A DNA stretch of 64,000 nt, from the NCBI RefSeq assembly GCF_009914755.1, contig NC_060939.1; one strand, 5' to 3'. Both the position numbers and the translations under genes were made by a program. Each line of letters starts with the position of its first letter. Position 1 is the stretch's first letter. This document shows positions 26,574 through 40,183 of this stretch, in pieces. This DNA comes from the human T2T-CHM13v2.0 reference genome, Homo sapiens. A model generated the notes under the pieces. The model was given only the letters and a program-made list of their open reading frames with translations. It searched no databases and was not told the origin of the DNA.

Positions 26574-27149
26574 ATTTATCCTCAATCAGAAGGTCATGGA
26601 AGCAGATTCAGAAAATGGGTAGGCATTAAGGGAGGATAAGCAGCAGGATTAATAGCAAAGTTTACGCTGCAGAAACAGCCTGATTAGAATGCTGTCCCTG
26701 GCACCACTGCCACGGCCTATGGTAGACACCACTGCCATCTCAGCTAGTCAGTCACCTCTATGGTCACTACTGAACACTGCTATAGTGAAATCAATTATCA
26801 ATTCAGTTTTTCTCTACTTGCTCCAAATTCGAAATCTAATATGGAAGCAAATAATTGCCAAACCCCAGTTCACCTGTCTGAGACCTTTATGTCAGGGTTG
26901 AACAGAAATTGCATCTCATCCATTCTGTTTTCTGTACTGGGAAGTTGTGTTCTGTCTCCTATAAAGGCTCACATAATAGGGGATTCTTCCATTGCAGGGC
27001 AGACAATACCAACAACCCCAAATTCAACATTGGCAAATGTCCATACACAAAGAAAAGTGCGTAATAATGGTATGACACTAGGGCCACAGTGGTCACTACT
27101 TCTTGGGGAAGTCAGGAGCTCTCTCCTAAGCCTTTCTTCTAGGGCCTGC

Positions 27150-27920
27150 CTGGCTCAATGGATGACACTTCATGCATTCAGTTGCACAAGCTAGAATCCC
27201 AGGTATCATCCCTGACACCTGTCTCTCCCTTACGCCACATAGCCAATCCATCACGCACCATCCTTTCAATTTCACTGCCTGAAGTCACTTAAATCCACCT
27301 CTTTCCTTCTACTTCCTAATCCAAACAACCACTTCTGTGCAGTTAGACTATTACAATAACCTCATCACAGATCTCCCTGCCTTGTATCTGACCTCTCTCT
27401 ACTCTGTTCTCCTACAACAACCACAGTTATCTTTTCAAAATGCAAATCTGAGAATCCATTAACCTTTCAGTTTAATGGTTTCGTAAGTCTCAGGTTAAAG
27501 ACAAACTCATTAACATGCTCACATGGTCTTGCCTGCTTTGGTTTCTACTCTAAATTCAAATGTCCTGTGCTCTCACTCACTGCACACCAGACACAGTGCT
27601 CTTCCTACTGCCCCTATTCTACACATGCTCCCTCTTGCTACAAAGCCTTGTCCCACCTAGGGCACTTTCCTCCCCTCTTTTCCTGTTTATCCCTATTGTT
27701 AGTTGGTGGTCAGATCAAGTGTTACTTCTTCAGGTGAGCCTTCCCTGACCCTGGAAAATCTTCTTATTCCAGATTCTCAAAGCATCCTGAAACTTTTCTA
27801 CACAAACATTCATCACAATTGTGCCACTTATCGTTTATTATTTATATAACACATGAAAGCAAGGACCATGTCTAACCATTGCCTAGCAAATCCCATTTGT
27901 TGAGGGAATTAATGAATGAA
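27150..27920 (+). mobile_element. L2 (3' portion)
   Basis: 'gactattacaataacctc', 'tcttttcaaaatgcaaatctga', 'gagccttccctgacc', ends 'aatgaatgaa'. Confidence 0.8.
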
Positions 27921-27934
27921 AATATAGCTTCTTA

Positions 27935-28215
27935 TTGGAGGTTAAATTTATCATTGATTTTGAGGCCTGATTGAGTTTGTTGCATGGAGAAGAGGAGTAA
28001 AAGCATTTCAAGAATAGAAATAGGGGATTCAAAAGTCCCCAGATATGCAAGGAAAGGGTGTATTTGGAGAAAGTTTAGCATGGCTGTTGTACAGAGTGAG
28101 TGGAGATGGATGAGAGGGAGAAGGAAAGCAGCATATAAGGCTAGTGAGGGTTGGGACTAATTGCACAGGACTTTGAATGTGTGATAAGGTGTTGAGATGC
28201 ACTTTTCTTTGTGTT
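27935..28215 (-). mobile_element. L2 fragment
   Basis: Purine-rich reverse-L2 text ('gcatttcaagaatagaaa...tttagcatggctg...gcacaggactttgaatg'). Confidence 0.55.
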
Positions 28216-28667
28216 TATGGAGATAATCTGTATGCCTGAGCAGAGGAAAGTCATAATCAGAAATGCAGAATGAGAGTTGAGGCAAAGACGTATGTTTGTT
28301 ATTTAAAATTTTAAATACCAAGTTAACAAATATATCTACTTCCACAGCAAAGTTTTGGTCATTGATTATAGAATTAAAGGAGGTTTACATTTCAAAATGC
28401 CTAAAATAATGTTGAAATACCTGTTTCTAATAAGTGCAATCTTAACTATCAGATTTTTTATTCCCTGCCTCCAATAATTGTCCCCCAAATAATTGCTATT
28501 TATATTCTAGTGAACAGATGTCAAGTGACCAGCTGAAAAAAATTAGTTGCATATAACATGATCAATCAATAGAATGCCTCTAATTTCAGTTCAATACAAG
28601 TGTTTCCTATTAGGTTGATGATAATAGCTGTCGTAAGATTTGGTACGACATAGTTCTTAAAATAAAA

Positions 28668-29968
28668 CGGCTCTTCTCAAATGTTTTGGTCTCAGGGCCC
28701 TGTACATGCTAAAAGATTACTGAGGACTTCAAAGAACTTTTGTGTATGTGGGTTATGTCTGTGGCTTTTTATCATACCAAAAACTAAGGCTTAAATTTTA
28801 AAAATATTATTTATTTAAAAATAATAAACCCATTATATGTCAACAGAGCTAATATATTTTGTGAAGATAGTTATATTTTCTAAAACAAAAAAATCTAATT
28901 AGAAGATAACTAGATTCTCATATCAGTTTCTGTATTTAATCTGTTATGATCTGCTTTTTTGGTTGGAAAAGGGAGGAAGGTTTTAATGCCTTTCTCAGAT
29001 AATCATGACACTGCAATCTGACAAGCAGTAGTTCTTGAGTATTAGTTGCAATATGGAATATGAAACCATGTCAGTGAAGCTTTCACACTCCGTTACACTA
29101 AAACTCATTGGTCTGTTTTACACTTTGAACAGAGATTTTACCCCTACAGGATTGTGTAACACCATAAATTGATCATTTGGAAAACGCTTGTTCACTCTTT
29201 TTTGCATGTCGCCAACATTTTGACAAATTTCATTATACCATATCAAAAAACCACAGTCATTATTATTGCCACTAACCTTACCAGAACAAATTTAAATACT
29301 GCAAAGCTGTCAAGCTATTGGTGACAGATGTAAGTTCTAAAACATAATTTTACTTGAAAGTTTAAATTCTGTCATTGGCAACAAATTCCATTCTGTTGAA
29401 GTGACAGGCTGACTTTGTTAATTTTAAGAAAATATCCTTGAAAGACCCAAGTCAGAATAGCTATCATTTGTCATTCTTTTAATGAAAATGGTGTTCCATG
29501 GAAAAAATATCTAGTTTGACTTGGAACTCAAATAAGTACACACTTTTTTTTAGACAACCGTGATACTTGAACCTACAGCACAAGTGTATGTTTATGTGTC
29601 ACTTCCCATTTTGTCACACAGAATAGTAAAACAGGCGTTCTCAAAGGTCAAAATTTAACAAAATTTATCATTTTTTTTCCTGCTTCATCAGGTCATCTTT
29701 AAGTAAAAGCCATCTGATATTTTACTGCAAGCATGTGGCAGTGAAGACGACAATGACTGCTAGTATGGTTTGTGCCACTGCCTTGATTTCCGCTCAGGCA
29801 CCAGCAGTCTTACCCACCATTGCTTTGGTGCAGTTGGTGGAGATATCAATGGATCAAAAGCGCAAGTAATATGTGAGTATTATTATGAAAGGAGCTTGGA
29901 CCTCATGAACCACTTAGAAAGATATTGGTACATCCAGGGATCTGTGGATGACACTTTGAGTACCATTG
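28668..29968 (-). mobile_element. hAT-Charlie DNA transposon (Charlie1a-like), near full length
   Basis: Termini 'cggctcttctcaaa' and 'tttgagtaccattg' are degenerate TIRs; 8-bp TSD-like aaataaaa (28660-28667) and aaatagga (29969-29976); internal text matches recalled Charlie1. Confidence 0.85.
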
Positions 29969-32900
29969 AAATAGGAATTAATCCCTAGATTAAAATGAAA
30001 TAATGGGGCTCAGTCCACAGTCTAACCCAATTTATAATTTGACTATGTTCAAAAAAGTTTACCTTCACATATTTTTGTTACTTTAAGAGCAATGTGCTGT
30101 CACTAAAGAAAATGATGACGTCAATTTTTTTTTTTTTAAAAAAAGCATTTTTGTTACTCATCACTTTGGGCCATTGCAAAGGCTGCCTATTGCTAGACAA
30201 GAAAGAAGTCATTTACCCCACATCTATGGTTGTTGTCATCAAATGATCCATTTAGTGACTCTCTCAGCAATCAATGGCAGTTAATCACAATGAGTGAGCA
30301 ATTTTGGAAAGCTGTGCCAAGTGTCATTTTGATAACCAGCTTTTCAGAAGACCAGAGCTGAACAGGAGAGTAATGGGGGAATACAGGTATTCCCACATCA
30401 ATTGGAGAAGTAATAATTCCAGCAACAACACTATTGTCAACATGGTATTTTCTCTAGTGATTCACTTCGTAACATGTGTTTATCCTTCCAGAGCAGGGAA
30501 GTATACACCTATGCCCTTTCAAACTGACATGTATAGAAGTCAGATTTAGGCTTTTCAAGAGAATTGCCCGGCCCATGCTGAAAGCTATAGTAGAAAGTCA
30601 GCTGACTCATCCAGAGCATTTTTTAACTCACCAACAAGCAGAGGCAGGAGCAGAGCGTGTCAAAGGCCATTTGAGAGCAGTTATGCCAACTGGGCAGGCA
30701 CAAGCCATGCCAATTTTTGTGGTTTCTCCAATTCGTGTCAGAACAAGGACTTGACTCTCAGTTTCCCACACTGGGAGGGTTTCTCTGAGTTATGCCCATT
30801 GAATGAGTGTAACAAGGTGATCTGATTCATCCTTGGTCACGAAGCAGGGAAAGAAAGAGTATTTTTCTATTTCAATGGTTAAGGGCATAAAAACCATGCA
30901 TTGGTCCCATATCAGTAGATAATCAATGGTAAAGCATAAGTATGCAGCCTTGGTGTAGAGAGTGGCACTTGCTACTCATTCTTATGTTTTCAGAGTCATC
31001 GTACTTGTCTTTATGTTTGAGCTTGTAGATGTGCTGCCATGAGGAATTAACGTTAGATTCTTGAGCACTTTCTTTCACCTATTTCTCAGTGTAGCTGCAA
31101 CGCTCTGTTTACTGTGCTAGGTATGTCCTAGAAAGTCAAATGATTCAGTCAAACCAGCACCATCAGAGTCAGTGTGATCTTCCTAAGACACATCTGATCA
31201 TAAAGCCCCAAACCTACAAATAAAGGGGAGGGGGCCTGCTGGCTAGCCTGGCATAGATCCCATAATCAGGGCCTTATTGACCTCTTTCATTGCATCTCCT
31301 TCACTTCCTCATTTGCCACAGGTTTCAGATACATGGATGTGTCTGCAAGATGCTAGATGCCTCCTGGAACACATTTGCCTGGTGGCAGGAGCCAAGTCCT
31401 GGCAGAAGTCAGGAAGCAGGTCTAACGGGCATCAGCGGAGAAACTAGGAATGCTAACCATTGTCTCTTTCTCTTTCAGAGCTGTCTCTCTTCATTTCCAA
31501 AATTAAAAGATTTTTACTTCCCCCCACCTCATTTATACATTTCGCTGGTCATTGTAGGCCTTCTCATGATATAAAAAACAATGACCATTACCTCATTGGT
31601 AAATAGGTAGATCAAAGTCTTTATGTATAGCTACGTATCTAATTTTTTTCCTTAATTATCTCAATACCAAAATCAAGACAAGTTGTGGGTTGGGTAGGCA
31701 CAGGAGGATGGGAGTGGGCTTGCCTTCCAGGCAGCCTGACAAGCCTTGCCGAGGTCAGGTTGCTTTGCCATCAGAGTCCATCTTCTGACTTCAGGCATGT
31801 CAGGTCTTTGGCAGTCTCTCCTCTCTGGCTTCCCCTCAGTTAATCCCCTCCTGGCCAAGCTTGTCAGGTGGGCCCTATTTGGGTCCAAAGAAGCACTAAA
31901 TAAATGTCGATTGAGGCAGCTTATCCTAATGATGGCAATTATGACAGTGATGTTTTTCTTTTAAGCCATAAAAGCACTAGATGTTACAGATGGAAGGGAT
32001 TTTCAATAATTTTTTGGAGGAAGAAACTGAGCCCCTGAGAGGCAAAGTATATAGTTTGATTGCAAGTTCTCCCTAGTAGGAGAGGCCAGGAATCAACCAA
32101 AAGAGCAAGAAAAGAAGCCACTACAGTAATGAGCTTCGGCTGCCTGCACCTCTTCCAGCCACAAAGGAAAAAAAAATGAGAAAGCTGCCTCTATTCTACT
32201 TCTTTTCAAAGCTGCCCAACTGTTAATATTTTAGTAAGTAAGAAGCAGTGTCTAAATTCTCATTCAAGTTCTCCCATCCATTGAGTTAATAATCTAAATT
32301 ATAAGAATATTTATTTTTCACAGGATTAAGTAAACTTTTACTTAATGTAAAAACATGGCTCATAAACATTTGTATTCTTCCCAAACTAATCCATATGCCA
32401 ACATGCTTATCTTTCTTCCCTGGGGTAGGAAACCAGGAGACTTTATGAAAATATATGAATACAGGCACATGGGTATGTTTTTTCCATGTGGTAGCTCAAA
32501 TATGGTTCTTCCACCTCAATCTCAAGCTCTCCAGACTGCAGACATCTTATCTACACATCAAACTAGCATTTATTTTACCAAGGGCATTGCTTCCCCTTTT
32601 CTATCCCTTATTTCAACAGACAGGAGAAGAATATCCAGATAAAGGTCTCCAGGCAAACACACTAGAGAACCTGTAAAAGACTCTGAGGATGTTTGACGCC
32701 TTGAGTCTCTACACTGATGCCATCATCTTACTTCCTAATCTCTGATCTTTTCCAGGACTCGGCTCCCTATGCCCAGTAAATATAAATTTTCAGAACTGTG
32801 ATCACAGCCCTGGCTAAATAGTGCCCCTGGTCAAACCTTCGTAGGCAAAATGTTTTCTCCAGCTTTCTGCTAGTTCTTAGAAGCCAGTGTGAAGGAAAAG

Positions 32901-34559
32901 GGATGTCATGAAGCATCACTCTCCAAGCTGATCATCTATTCCATTGCCTTGAGAATTATGTAGAATAAAATCACTGTCTCCCTAAATGATAAAAGTCTAA
33001 GACTTTGTCCCAAAGTTGGGTGTTCTCTGAGGAATTGCTGGAGACACTATTGCCCCCTGTGGCTAGGTAAGCTTTCCAGACACAATCCAAGGGAAGGAAA
33101 TGCCTTTGGTGAAGGAGGAGAGACTCCTACGTGGCATGGGGACCAGCAGCTGAGAGTGGTTGTATGGGTAATTCACACCAAAAGCACTCCAAATGCTACT
33201 TTCATCTAAATGGACTATAAGGGTTGTCATCAGGCCAGGGAGATGTAGATATTTCAAATCTGAATTTCACAGTATTAGCATTACATCAAGCCAAAAAGAT
33301 TAAGAAAGTAAATGACTGTAATTTGTCTAAAGCAGAATGTTTGCTAAAACCAGGCAGGTCTCTAAAAAAAAAAAAAAAGAGACAGCAGTTGAAATTATTT
33401 TGTAAATGTTAATTGTATAATTTACATTAAACTCTTTCCTATGTATTATAGCCTTTGAGATATGCTATTTAGTCTTAAGAGAACTGGTTACCTCATTTGG
33501 AATGACTCAATACAAAGATCTTAAATATTTAACCCTGATCTTGGTATAAATGTAAAACAGCTGGTTTCTTTTTAAGAAATTTTGACTTTTATTAAGCAAA
33601 ACAATTCTGAGAGTGCATTTTCTGACAAATTCATATGATTAACCTCAACATTCTGTTTACAATATATAATCACACAGGAAAAAATGCATAAAAGCAGGAT
33701 AACTTACTTAATTCACAAATTCTTTGTTATTTCCCATAGAGTGTTATTTCCCAGAGTTTCACATCTGGAAAAGCTCATGCAATTAAACAGTATGTCCAAG
33801 AACAGATCATCTGAAGGAATTCCAAATATATGCTTTTTTTTTTTGGCATTGCATTGCTGGTTTTATCTAATGGAGAGCATTTGAACACAATAAGTCAAGG
33901 GAAAAATTTTTAAAAAGACTCTGTGTTATAGTGTCCTAGGACATGAAGGGACACCCTAAGTCTGCTGGGGGTTGTCCTGTGCCTCAAGGTAAGACTGTAC
34001 CAAAACAATTCCAGAGAATTCACTGTCTTAAATATTTAGGAAAGGAGCTCTATGCTGCCATTGATCCTGTGTCCTCATTATTTATTTGCAGCCATGAAGG
34101 CTTCCTTTGTTCATAATCTATATCCTTCCTCTTAAGCCCATTTTTTTTCCTCTCTCTCTCTCTGAGAACAAGGCCACCAGACAAAGTCACAGCCCCAGCA
34201 GGCTCCTGCTGCTCTCCAAATTCTTACAACTGCACAATGGTCACTGCAGAGAAAACTCAACTCATTGCTGTGTGGGAGGTCAGAATTAAAATGGCAATAG
34301 TTGAGAAGGGAGGAGAAGAGTAAAAATAAAGAAGAAAATAGGCGTTCTTCAGCCACAGAAAACATTTTATGACAATGCTACAGCACAAAATTAGCTAACA
34401 CATTGCAAGACTTGATTACATGACATTGGAGGAATTATTCCATTTGGCATTTTACTCCCAGCCTTTTCAAGAGAGCTGTATTAAAATCTGGCAGAGGGGA
34501 GGGGAGGGGCTGTGTCTGCTTTGCAGCAGGGATTAGAATGATGTATGACAGGAGTTTAT

Positions 34560-34815
34560 GATGCTGCCTCTCAGGTTTTTCTGACCTCCCTATCTAAATA
34601 GGTTCCTGCCTTCCCCCACCATTGATATTAACCATCATAGCATTATGCTTATTTTCTGCTTAGCATTTATTACAATCTGTAATTAATTTTTTAAAAATCG
34701 GTTTGTTGTCCCATCTTCACACCAAAATATTGTTCCAGGAAGGCAATAACCCTACTTGTTAATCATTTTTATACCTGTATCACAGGCAGCACCTACATAA
34801 ATAGGATAAAAGAAT
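34560..34815 (+). mobile_element. L2 fragment
   Basis: 'tttttctgacctccctatctaaatagg...ttagcatttattacaatctgtaatt'. Confidence 0.55.
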
Positions 34816-35934
34816 AAGTGTGTAAACAAATGCTATCCCCAGAACCCAGACCTCCTTGACTCCATTGCCTTAGAAGACTTTATTTCCTGCCCACCCATCC
34901 CTCTGTAGCAGGAGCCTCATGAATCATATTTGTCTGCATTGCCTTTATTAATGGATAACTATGGACAGAGTTCTCCTTGCAGTTCTCCTCTGTGTGAGCA
35001 TAGCCAGCCAACACCCTACAGTTAAAGCTTGCAGTTGTTTGGTGTTTAACTTTGAGCACATCGATGGACTCAAGTTTCTATTTGCAAAGTCAGACCACAG
35101 AAATTAAGTTAATTGAGACATGATGGCAAAAGAATTTCCCTTTGGGGATGAGTTTATAAGCTTCTCCAGTCTTTTGGGATGATTGGCACATCTTTTCTGC
35201 CTAATCCTTTCCCCGTACAAAAATGAAGGAAAAATGATCTGCTATGGAAGAAAGAAACAAAGGACTGTGCAGACATTTGATTATCTTTTAAAGTGAGAGA
35301 TGAACTAAAAACCATGTAATGGCCTCTTTAAGTGAATGGTAGAGAGGAAAAAAAGCTAAAGTTGAAACTAGCAAATCTTTTCTTCAGAAAAGCAAGCTGA
35401 AACTTTGGTTGAGTAAATAAAACCTGCTATAGCTTATATTAGAAAAGCACATAGGGAGAGTAACCAAAATAAAATTTGCATCTAAGAGTTATCCATTAGT
35501 TAGAGGTTTGTATTTATCATTTTCAGGCTTTGAGTTATATGGTGCTTGTGTATTTTCAAATCTTTATTTGCAAATTGCAGTGCATATGGTGTAGTGGGGA
35601 GAACAGTGGGCCTAGCACATAGAGGGGCCCCAAAAAATCTCAGGTAAAAGAATAAAAGTCAAGTAACAAGAAGATTGTCCAAGTATCACTTATGTATAAC
35701 CTTGGAAAAATGATGTAACCTCTCAGAGCCTCAAAATCCCATTTTGTAAGATGCTGTCTGCCCAACTCAAGAGGGTTATATAAAACCCAAATGACATAAT
35801 GCATATTAAAAATATATATATTATAAAGCCAAATTAAATGTGAAGTATAATAGTAATATTTTGTAACAGAATTATGAAACTCACTAAGTTCTTATTTAAT
35901 AAATATCTATTATATATACTATATGTGATTTTTT

Positions 35935-36300
35935 GTTTTCCTGACTTTTGATATTCTGCAGTTTAAAAAGATGGATACACTTCACTGTAAAATTTTAAAT
36001 GGAAAAAATGTTTTAAAAAATTGAAATTCCTTTACCTGATCCCCATTCCAAATACATTCTCAGAGACAAATCCAGTTGACAGTTTGATATATAATCTTAC
36101 TGATCTCTTATAGCAGGTATGCCATATAAGTTGTATATATTATTTTTACAAAAATGCAATTACACTATACATATTGCTCTGCATTTCTCAGTAAACAATA
36201 TCTGATAGATACCCTTTGATCTCAGCACATATAGATCTGCCTCATTGTTTTTAATGGCTTCATAATATTTCATAATGCCATTATTTCTCAATAATTCACA
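35935..36300 (-). mobile_element. Old L1 (L1ME-like) 3' fragment
   Basis: 'acaaaaatgcaattacactatacatattgctctgca...cacatatagatctgcctcattgtttttaatggct'. Confidence 0.6.
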
Positions 36301-36839
36301 GCAGATGACTAACAGCAAAATTGATTGCATCATTTTAAATAGGTTAATGGTGTGGCTAAAGAATCATTACTTTTTCAACAGAAATGCCATTTTCATGATT
36401 GGCATTTCTAAATCCTTCAGCGTCAGAGAAGATTCTAGAACTTCTCATTTGTGGCTAGTTTCAGGGTAGAACAGCTCTTCTTCCTTGTGTCTCACCTGAA
36501 TATCTGCTGTTCAGATATTGTAAGACTGTTTACAAAATATGATTTGGCAGAGTTTCCTGGATAATGTTTTGGGCAGAACAATCAGTCCTGGTTCCACCTG
36601 TTATGATGTTAGGAAAAAGTCATTAAACTTCTCAGTATTGTGCCTTTTTCTTCTTACACAACAGTGTTCCAGAGCTGCTCTTAACCCCTTCATGGGATTA
36701 GTGTGAGACTCAAGGAAGTCATGGAGGTGAAAGCCACTGGGCACCTAGAGAGATGCTACAAGGATCCAAGAGGCCATCTTGATTCCACAGTTAAGAATGC
36801 CTTGGGAGCTATTTGTCCCCATCCTCTCTCTGTGAGCGC

Positions 36840-37015
36840 ACATTTAATCGCTTTGGAAACCCTATAAGACAGGCATTGGTATCTCCAGGTTTTGTAGATG
36901 AGAAAGTGAAGCTTCGGGAAATTAAGAAGACTACCTAAAACCCTATTCGTCTTAAATGGCAGTGGAGGGCTTTAATCCCGAATCTACCAGCTCCACATTC
37001 TGTGTTTATTCAACT
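36840..37015 (-). mobile_element. MIR
   Basis: 'catttaatc...aaccctataagacagg...ttttgtagatgagaaagtgaagct'. Confidence 0.6.
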
Positions 37016-37493
37016 AAGGAAACCAAGTCTCCAATGGTCACAGAATCAAGGTGGCTTTCATCTGGCAGTGGTTTCAGGTGAAGTTCCTGGAATCTTACTC
37101 TTGGCTGATGGCAGTGCTTCCTGTCCATGGCTTACATAGAGCCCAGAGTATATTTCTCAGTGTGAAATGTGTTCAGGGTCTTCAGGAGGAATAAGCTGGG
37201 TACTTACAAGTTTTTATCACATTATGGCCATTCTCATTCACATTAGAGTTAGGGTGGCCCAGCATATGAATTTGAGGGGTTCTGTGGAGCTTTCGTTTCT
37301 CAAGTGGGCTTTGCCAAGCACAATGAAGAGGGCAATGTCCTATTGCCAAAGTGTACCCTTCTGGGGCTACATAAGCCTGATGAAAAGTCATGAAGCAATG
37401 TGTGGAGCTGCATGGTGGAATGAGAGGCAGTGTTTTGCATTAATTGAGAAGAAGCTATTTCTTTAACTCCCCTCCAAAAACACCTGTCATTGA

Positions 37494-37568
37494 AGACATT
37501 TTCTAGGTTTCACAAGGCAAAGAGATTCCCTAGACATTTTCTAGGTTTCACAAGGCAAAGAGATTCCC
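37494..37568 (+). repeat. Perfect tandem duplication, 38-bp period
   Basis: AGACATTTTCTAGGTTTCACAAGGCAAAGAGATTCCC occurs at 37494 and 37532. Confidence 0.97.
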
Positions 37569-37888
37569 GAGAGACAATCTGGTTGTTTGAGTGCCCACCA
37601 CAGGCCTGTTAACAAGGGAAATAAAGGGTCTTCCTTGCCAGGCATGCTGATGCTGTGAGCTTCTTAACTGAGTCCAGTTGTTCTGTAAAATTCTGAGAAG
37701 GGTTGTGAAAAGGGTGATTACTCAGGTCTCACTTCCCTGAGGTGAGGAGGACACATACTGACAATAGCCCAAGAGGATTCTAGCACAAAAAATCCAAAAA
37801 GGGCAAGCAATGACCCTGGTTATTCCTGCTGATGACGCCTCACACAGAGGACTCACTCTGAGTAACAGCAATAAAATTGACAATAGAA

Positions 37889-39289
37889 TTTTACTGTCAC
37901 AATGTGAGAGTTGCCTTTATAGATCATTTTATTATTTGTTCATTTTCAGAAAAAATAGATTGGGCCAACTTCTGAAAACAATATTACTATTTTTCCTAGA
38001 TGCACTCCAAATTTAGGGTTGCCAGGCTGTCAACTGACCTGCAGCCTTTGACACAGTGAGCATGGAGCAGTGGGACCCAGATTAGTGATGCCTGCTTGTG
38101 GCTGTCAGGGCCTGTCATCGTGGGTGGTTAGGCTTCCAAGCCTCCCAGGCAATCCGTGAGACATGGACTTACCTCAAACCACCCACGCTTGTCTGGCTCC
38201 TGCAGGTTGGCATGCTTTGACAGCCACTGGGTGCCTGGGCCACCAGGAAGTCCTGCTGCTGCTCTGCCACTGGCACTGCCTCTCCCCATCCTCATCTACA
38301 TCCATAGAGATGGAAGTGATTTGCATGGGAATCCCACCCTGTTCATCCTCTAAATTCATGTGCATTCTCAGGAGCTAAACAAGCAAAGGACTGTGTTCTC
38401 ACCTGTATCATTTGTTCATGTAACAAAGATGTTTAGAAGACTGTTGATTATCACCCCCTCCAGTCATCATTCTCACACTAATCCTAGCAGTTGGTGATCT
38501 GGAGAACGTTCTCAATCTTCTTGAGTTTTACATTTCCATCCTCGAAAGAGGAAAGTGCCTCACAATGTTGTTCTGAGGTTTATGTAATTCTCTGAAAGTG
38601 TTTATAAAGTTTAACAACATAAGTTGTTTTTTAGTGGTACTAACAACCAACTAGTATTGGATTTGCCCCATCCATCCAATATTGTATTTACACAAAGTAG
38701 AGATTTTACCAAAGAGAGTTATGCAAATCTCTGCTCTATTTGCTGTATCTTTGGGGAGATCTGGCTTTCAAAATATCAAAACAGGAGAATATTGCTTCCA
38801 ACCACTGATTCCTCTGGCAGACTTTTCACCTAGAGGGAACGATCTGTCCAGATCAGTTTAAGCTGACTTGGAGCTTTTTCTCACCTTCTCTTAGATTCCA
38901 TCTCTGTGAGAAAGAACCATTGATGGGCCAAGCTGTGTGTGCTCAGTTGAGAATGTTGATTCCCAATACTTACACTTCACCCCCATGAAACTCAACCCTC
39001 GGGGATATTCTCCCAATGTATCAGCGAACAATTCTGGATGGAATAAGTCAGCATGTTTTGGTCCTCTTTCTTTTAAACCTACCTTAATGATCTGAACCCT
39101 TTTTATGAGCTATCTACTTAACAGTCATGATAGTAGGTTAAAAATAATCTTAATGAAAAAGAAGATATTTTATTGTCACAATGTAAAATTTGCCTTTGTA
39201 AATCTTTATCTATTCATTTTCAGAAAGAATAGATTGGACCAATTTCTAAAGCCAAAAGTATTATTTTTCCTAGATGCATCCCAAATTTA
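37889..39289 (+). repeat. Pair of ~125-bp diverged direct repeats (37889-38015 and 39168-39289)
   Basis: Hand alignment gives roughly 80-85% identity; also visible in the ORF track (YLFIFRKNRL...FFLDA in both). Confidence 0.9.
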
Positions 39290-39517
39290 ATTGATGTAAA
39301 TTGATATCCAACAATTTTATATGTTTAGCAACTTGGACAATTTTACAGAATGTCATTTAAAAGTGGAATTCTCTAGAAAAGCTCCAGTGGAAATGGCATG
39401 GTGTTTTATTATTTGATGACGCTATTTTTGTATATGATCCTATTCCCCGTTGTGCTTTGGATTCTGGTTGAGATTTCAGCGTTGATTTATCAACTTTCTG
39501 GTACCCTCTGCTCGACA

Positions 39518-39957
39518 TGTTCTGTTTGCTCCTCTGGATCCACTGCCTCCCCTTCCCCGTTCTTCCTCTGCTCCTGGAGACAGATGGGTCTGTGTAAATA
39601 ATATCAATGGCTCGCACTCCCTTTGGCTTCCAGTTCTCTTTGGGCAAATGGGAAGATGCAGCAGGAGATGAGAAAGAGGAAAGAGAGTGAATTCAGAGAA
39701 TGTGTTTCCCCAGTCCTTCCCCGTGAGGTCACCTCCGGCTAGTTGTGCGTCTCAACAGAGACCTGTGGTCCTCTCAAGGCAGTGTGCTCTACAGGACTCT
39801 CTCTTCAGGGTTCCAGACCCCACCCTCCTCAGGCCTAGAAGTAATATCTCTTAAAGGTCTCCTACAATCCCACTTTTGTAAATAGTCTTCAAAATAAATG
39901 TTTCTTACATTACCCTATTTTGAATGAACCATCCATTCTAAGATTTTGATTGAAACA
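39518..39957 (+). mobile_element. ERVL LTR, LTR33-like
   Basis: TG...CA ends; 'ctccctttggcttccagtt...caaatgggaag...gcaggagatgag' and a 3' 'aataaa...taccctattttgaatg' segment. Confidence 0.7.
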
Positions 39958-40051
39958 GACTCTCTCTCTAGTTCACATCTTTGTATTTTTTCTTTTATTC
40001 TGACTTAATCTTTCTCTTATAAATTCTCTCTTTTTCTTTTTTTTTTATTGT

Positions 40052-40183
40052 ATTTTTTTTTTTTGTAGAGGTGGTGTCTTGCTCTGTTGCCCAGACTGGT
40101 CTCAAACCCCTGGCCTCAAGTGGTCCTCCTGCCTCAGTCTCCCAGAGCACTAGAATTATAGGCATGAGCCACTGTGTCTAGCC
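40052..40183 (-). mobile_element. Alu monomer (FLAM/AluJ left arm)
   Basis: Poly-T then 'gtagag...tcttgctctgttgcccagactggtctcaaac...aggcatgagccactg'. Confidence 0.88.

Noticed and set aside
26760-27194. 144-aa ORF
   Set aside because: No recognisable domain; runs into an L2; consistent with chance.
37494-37568. CRISPR-like repeat length
   Set aside because: Only two adjacent copies, no spacers, eukaryotic context.
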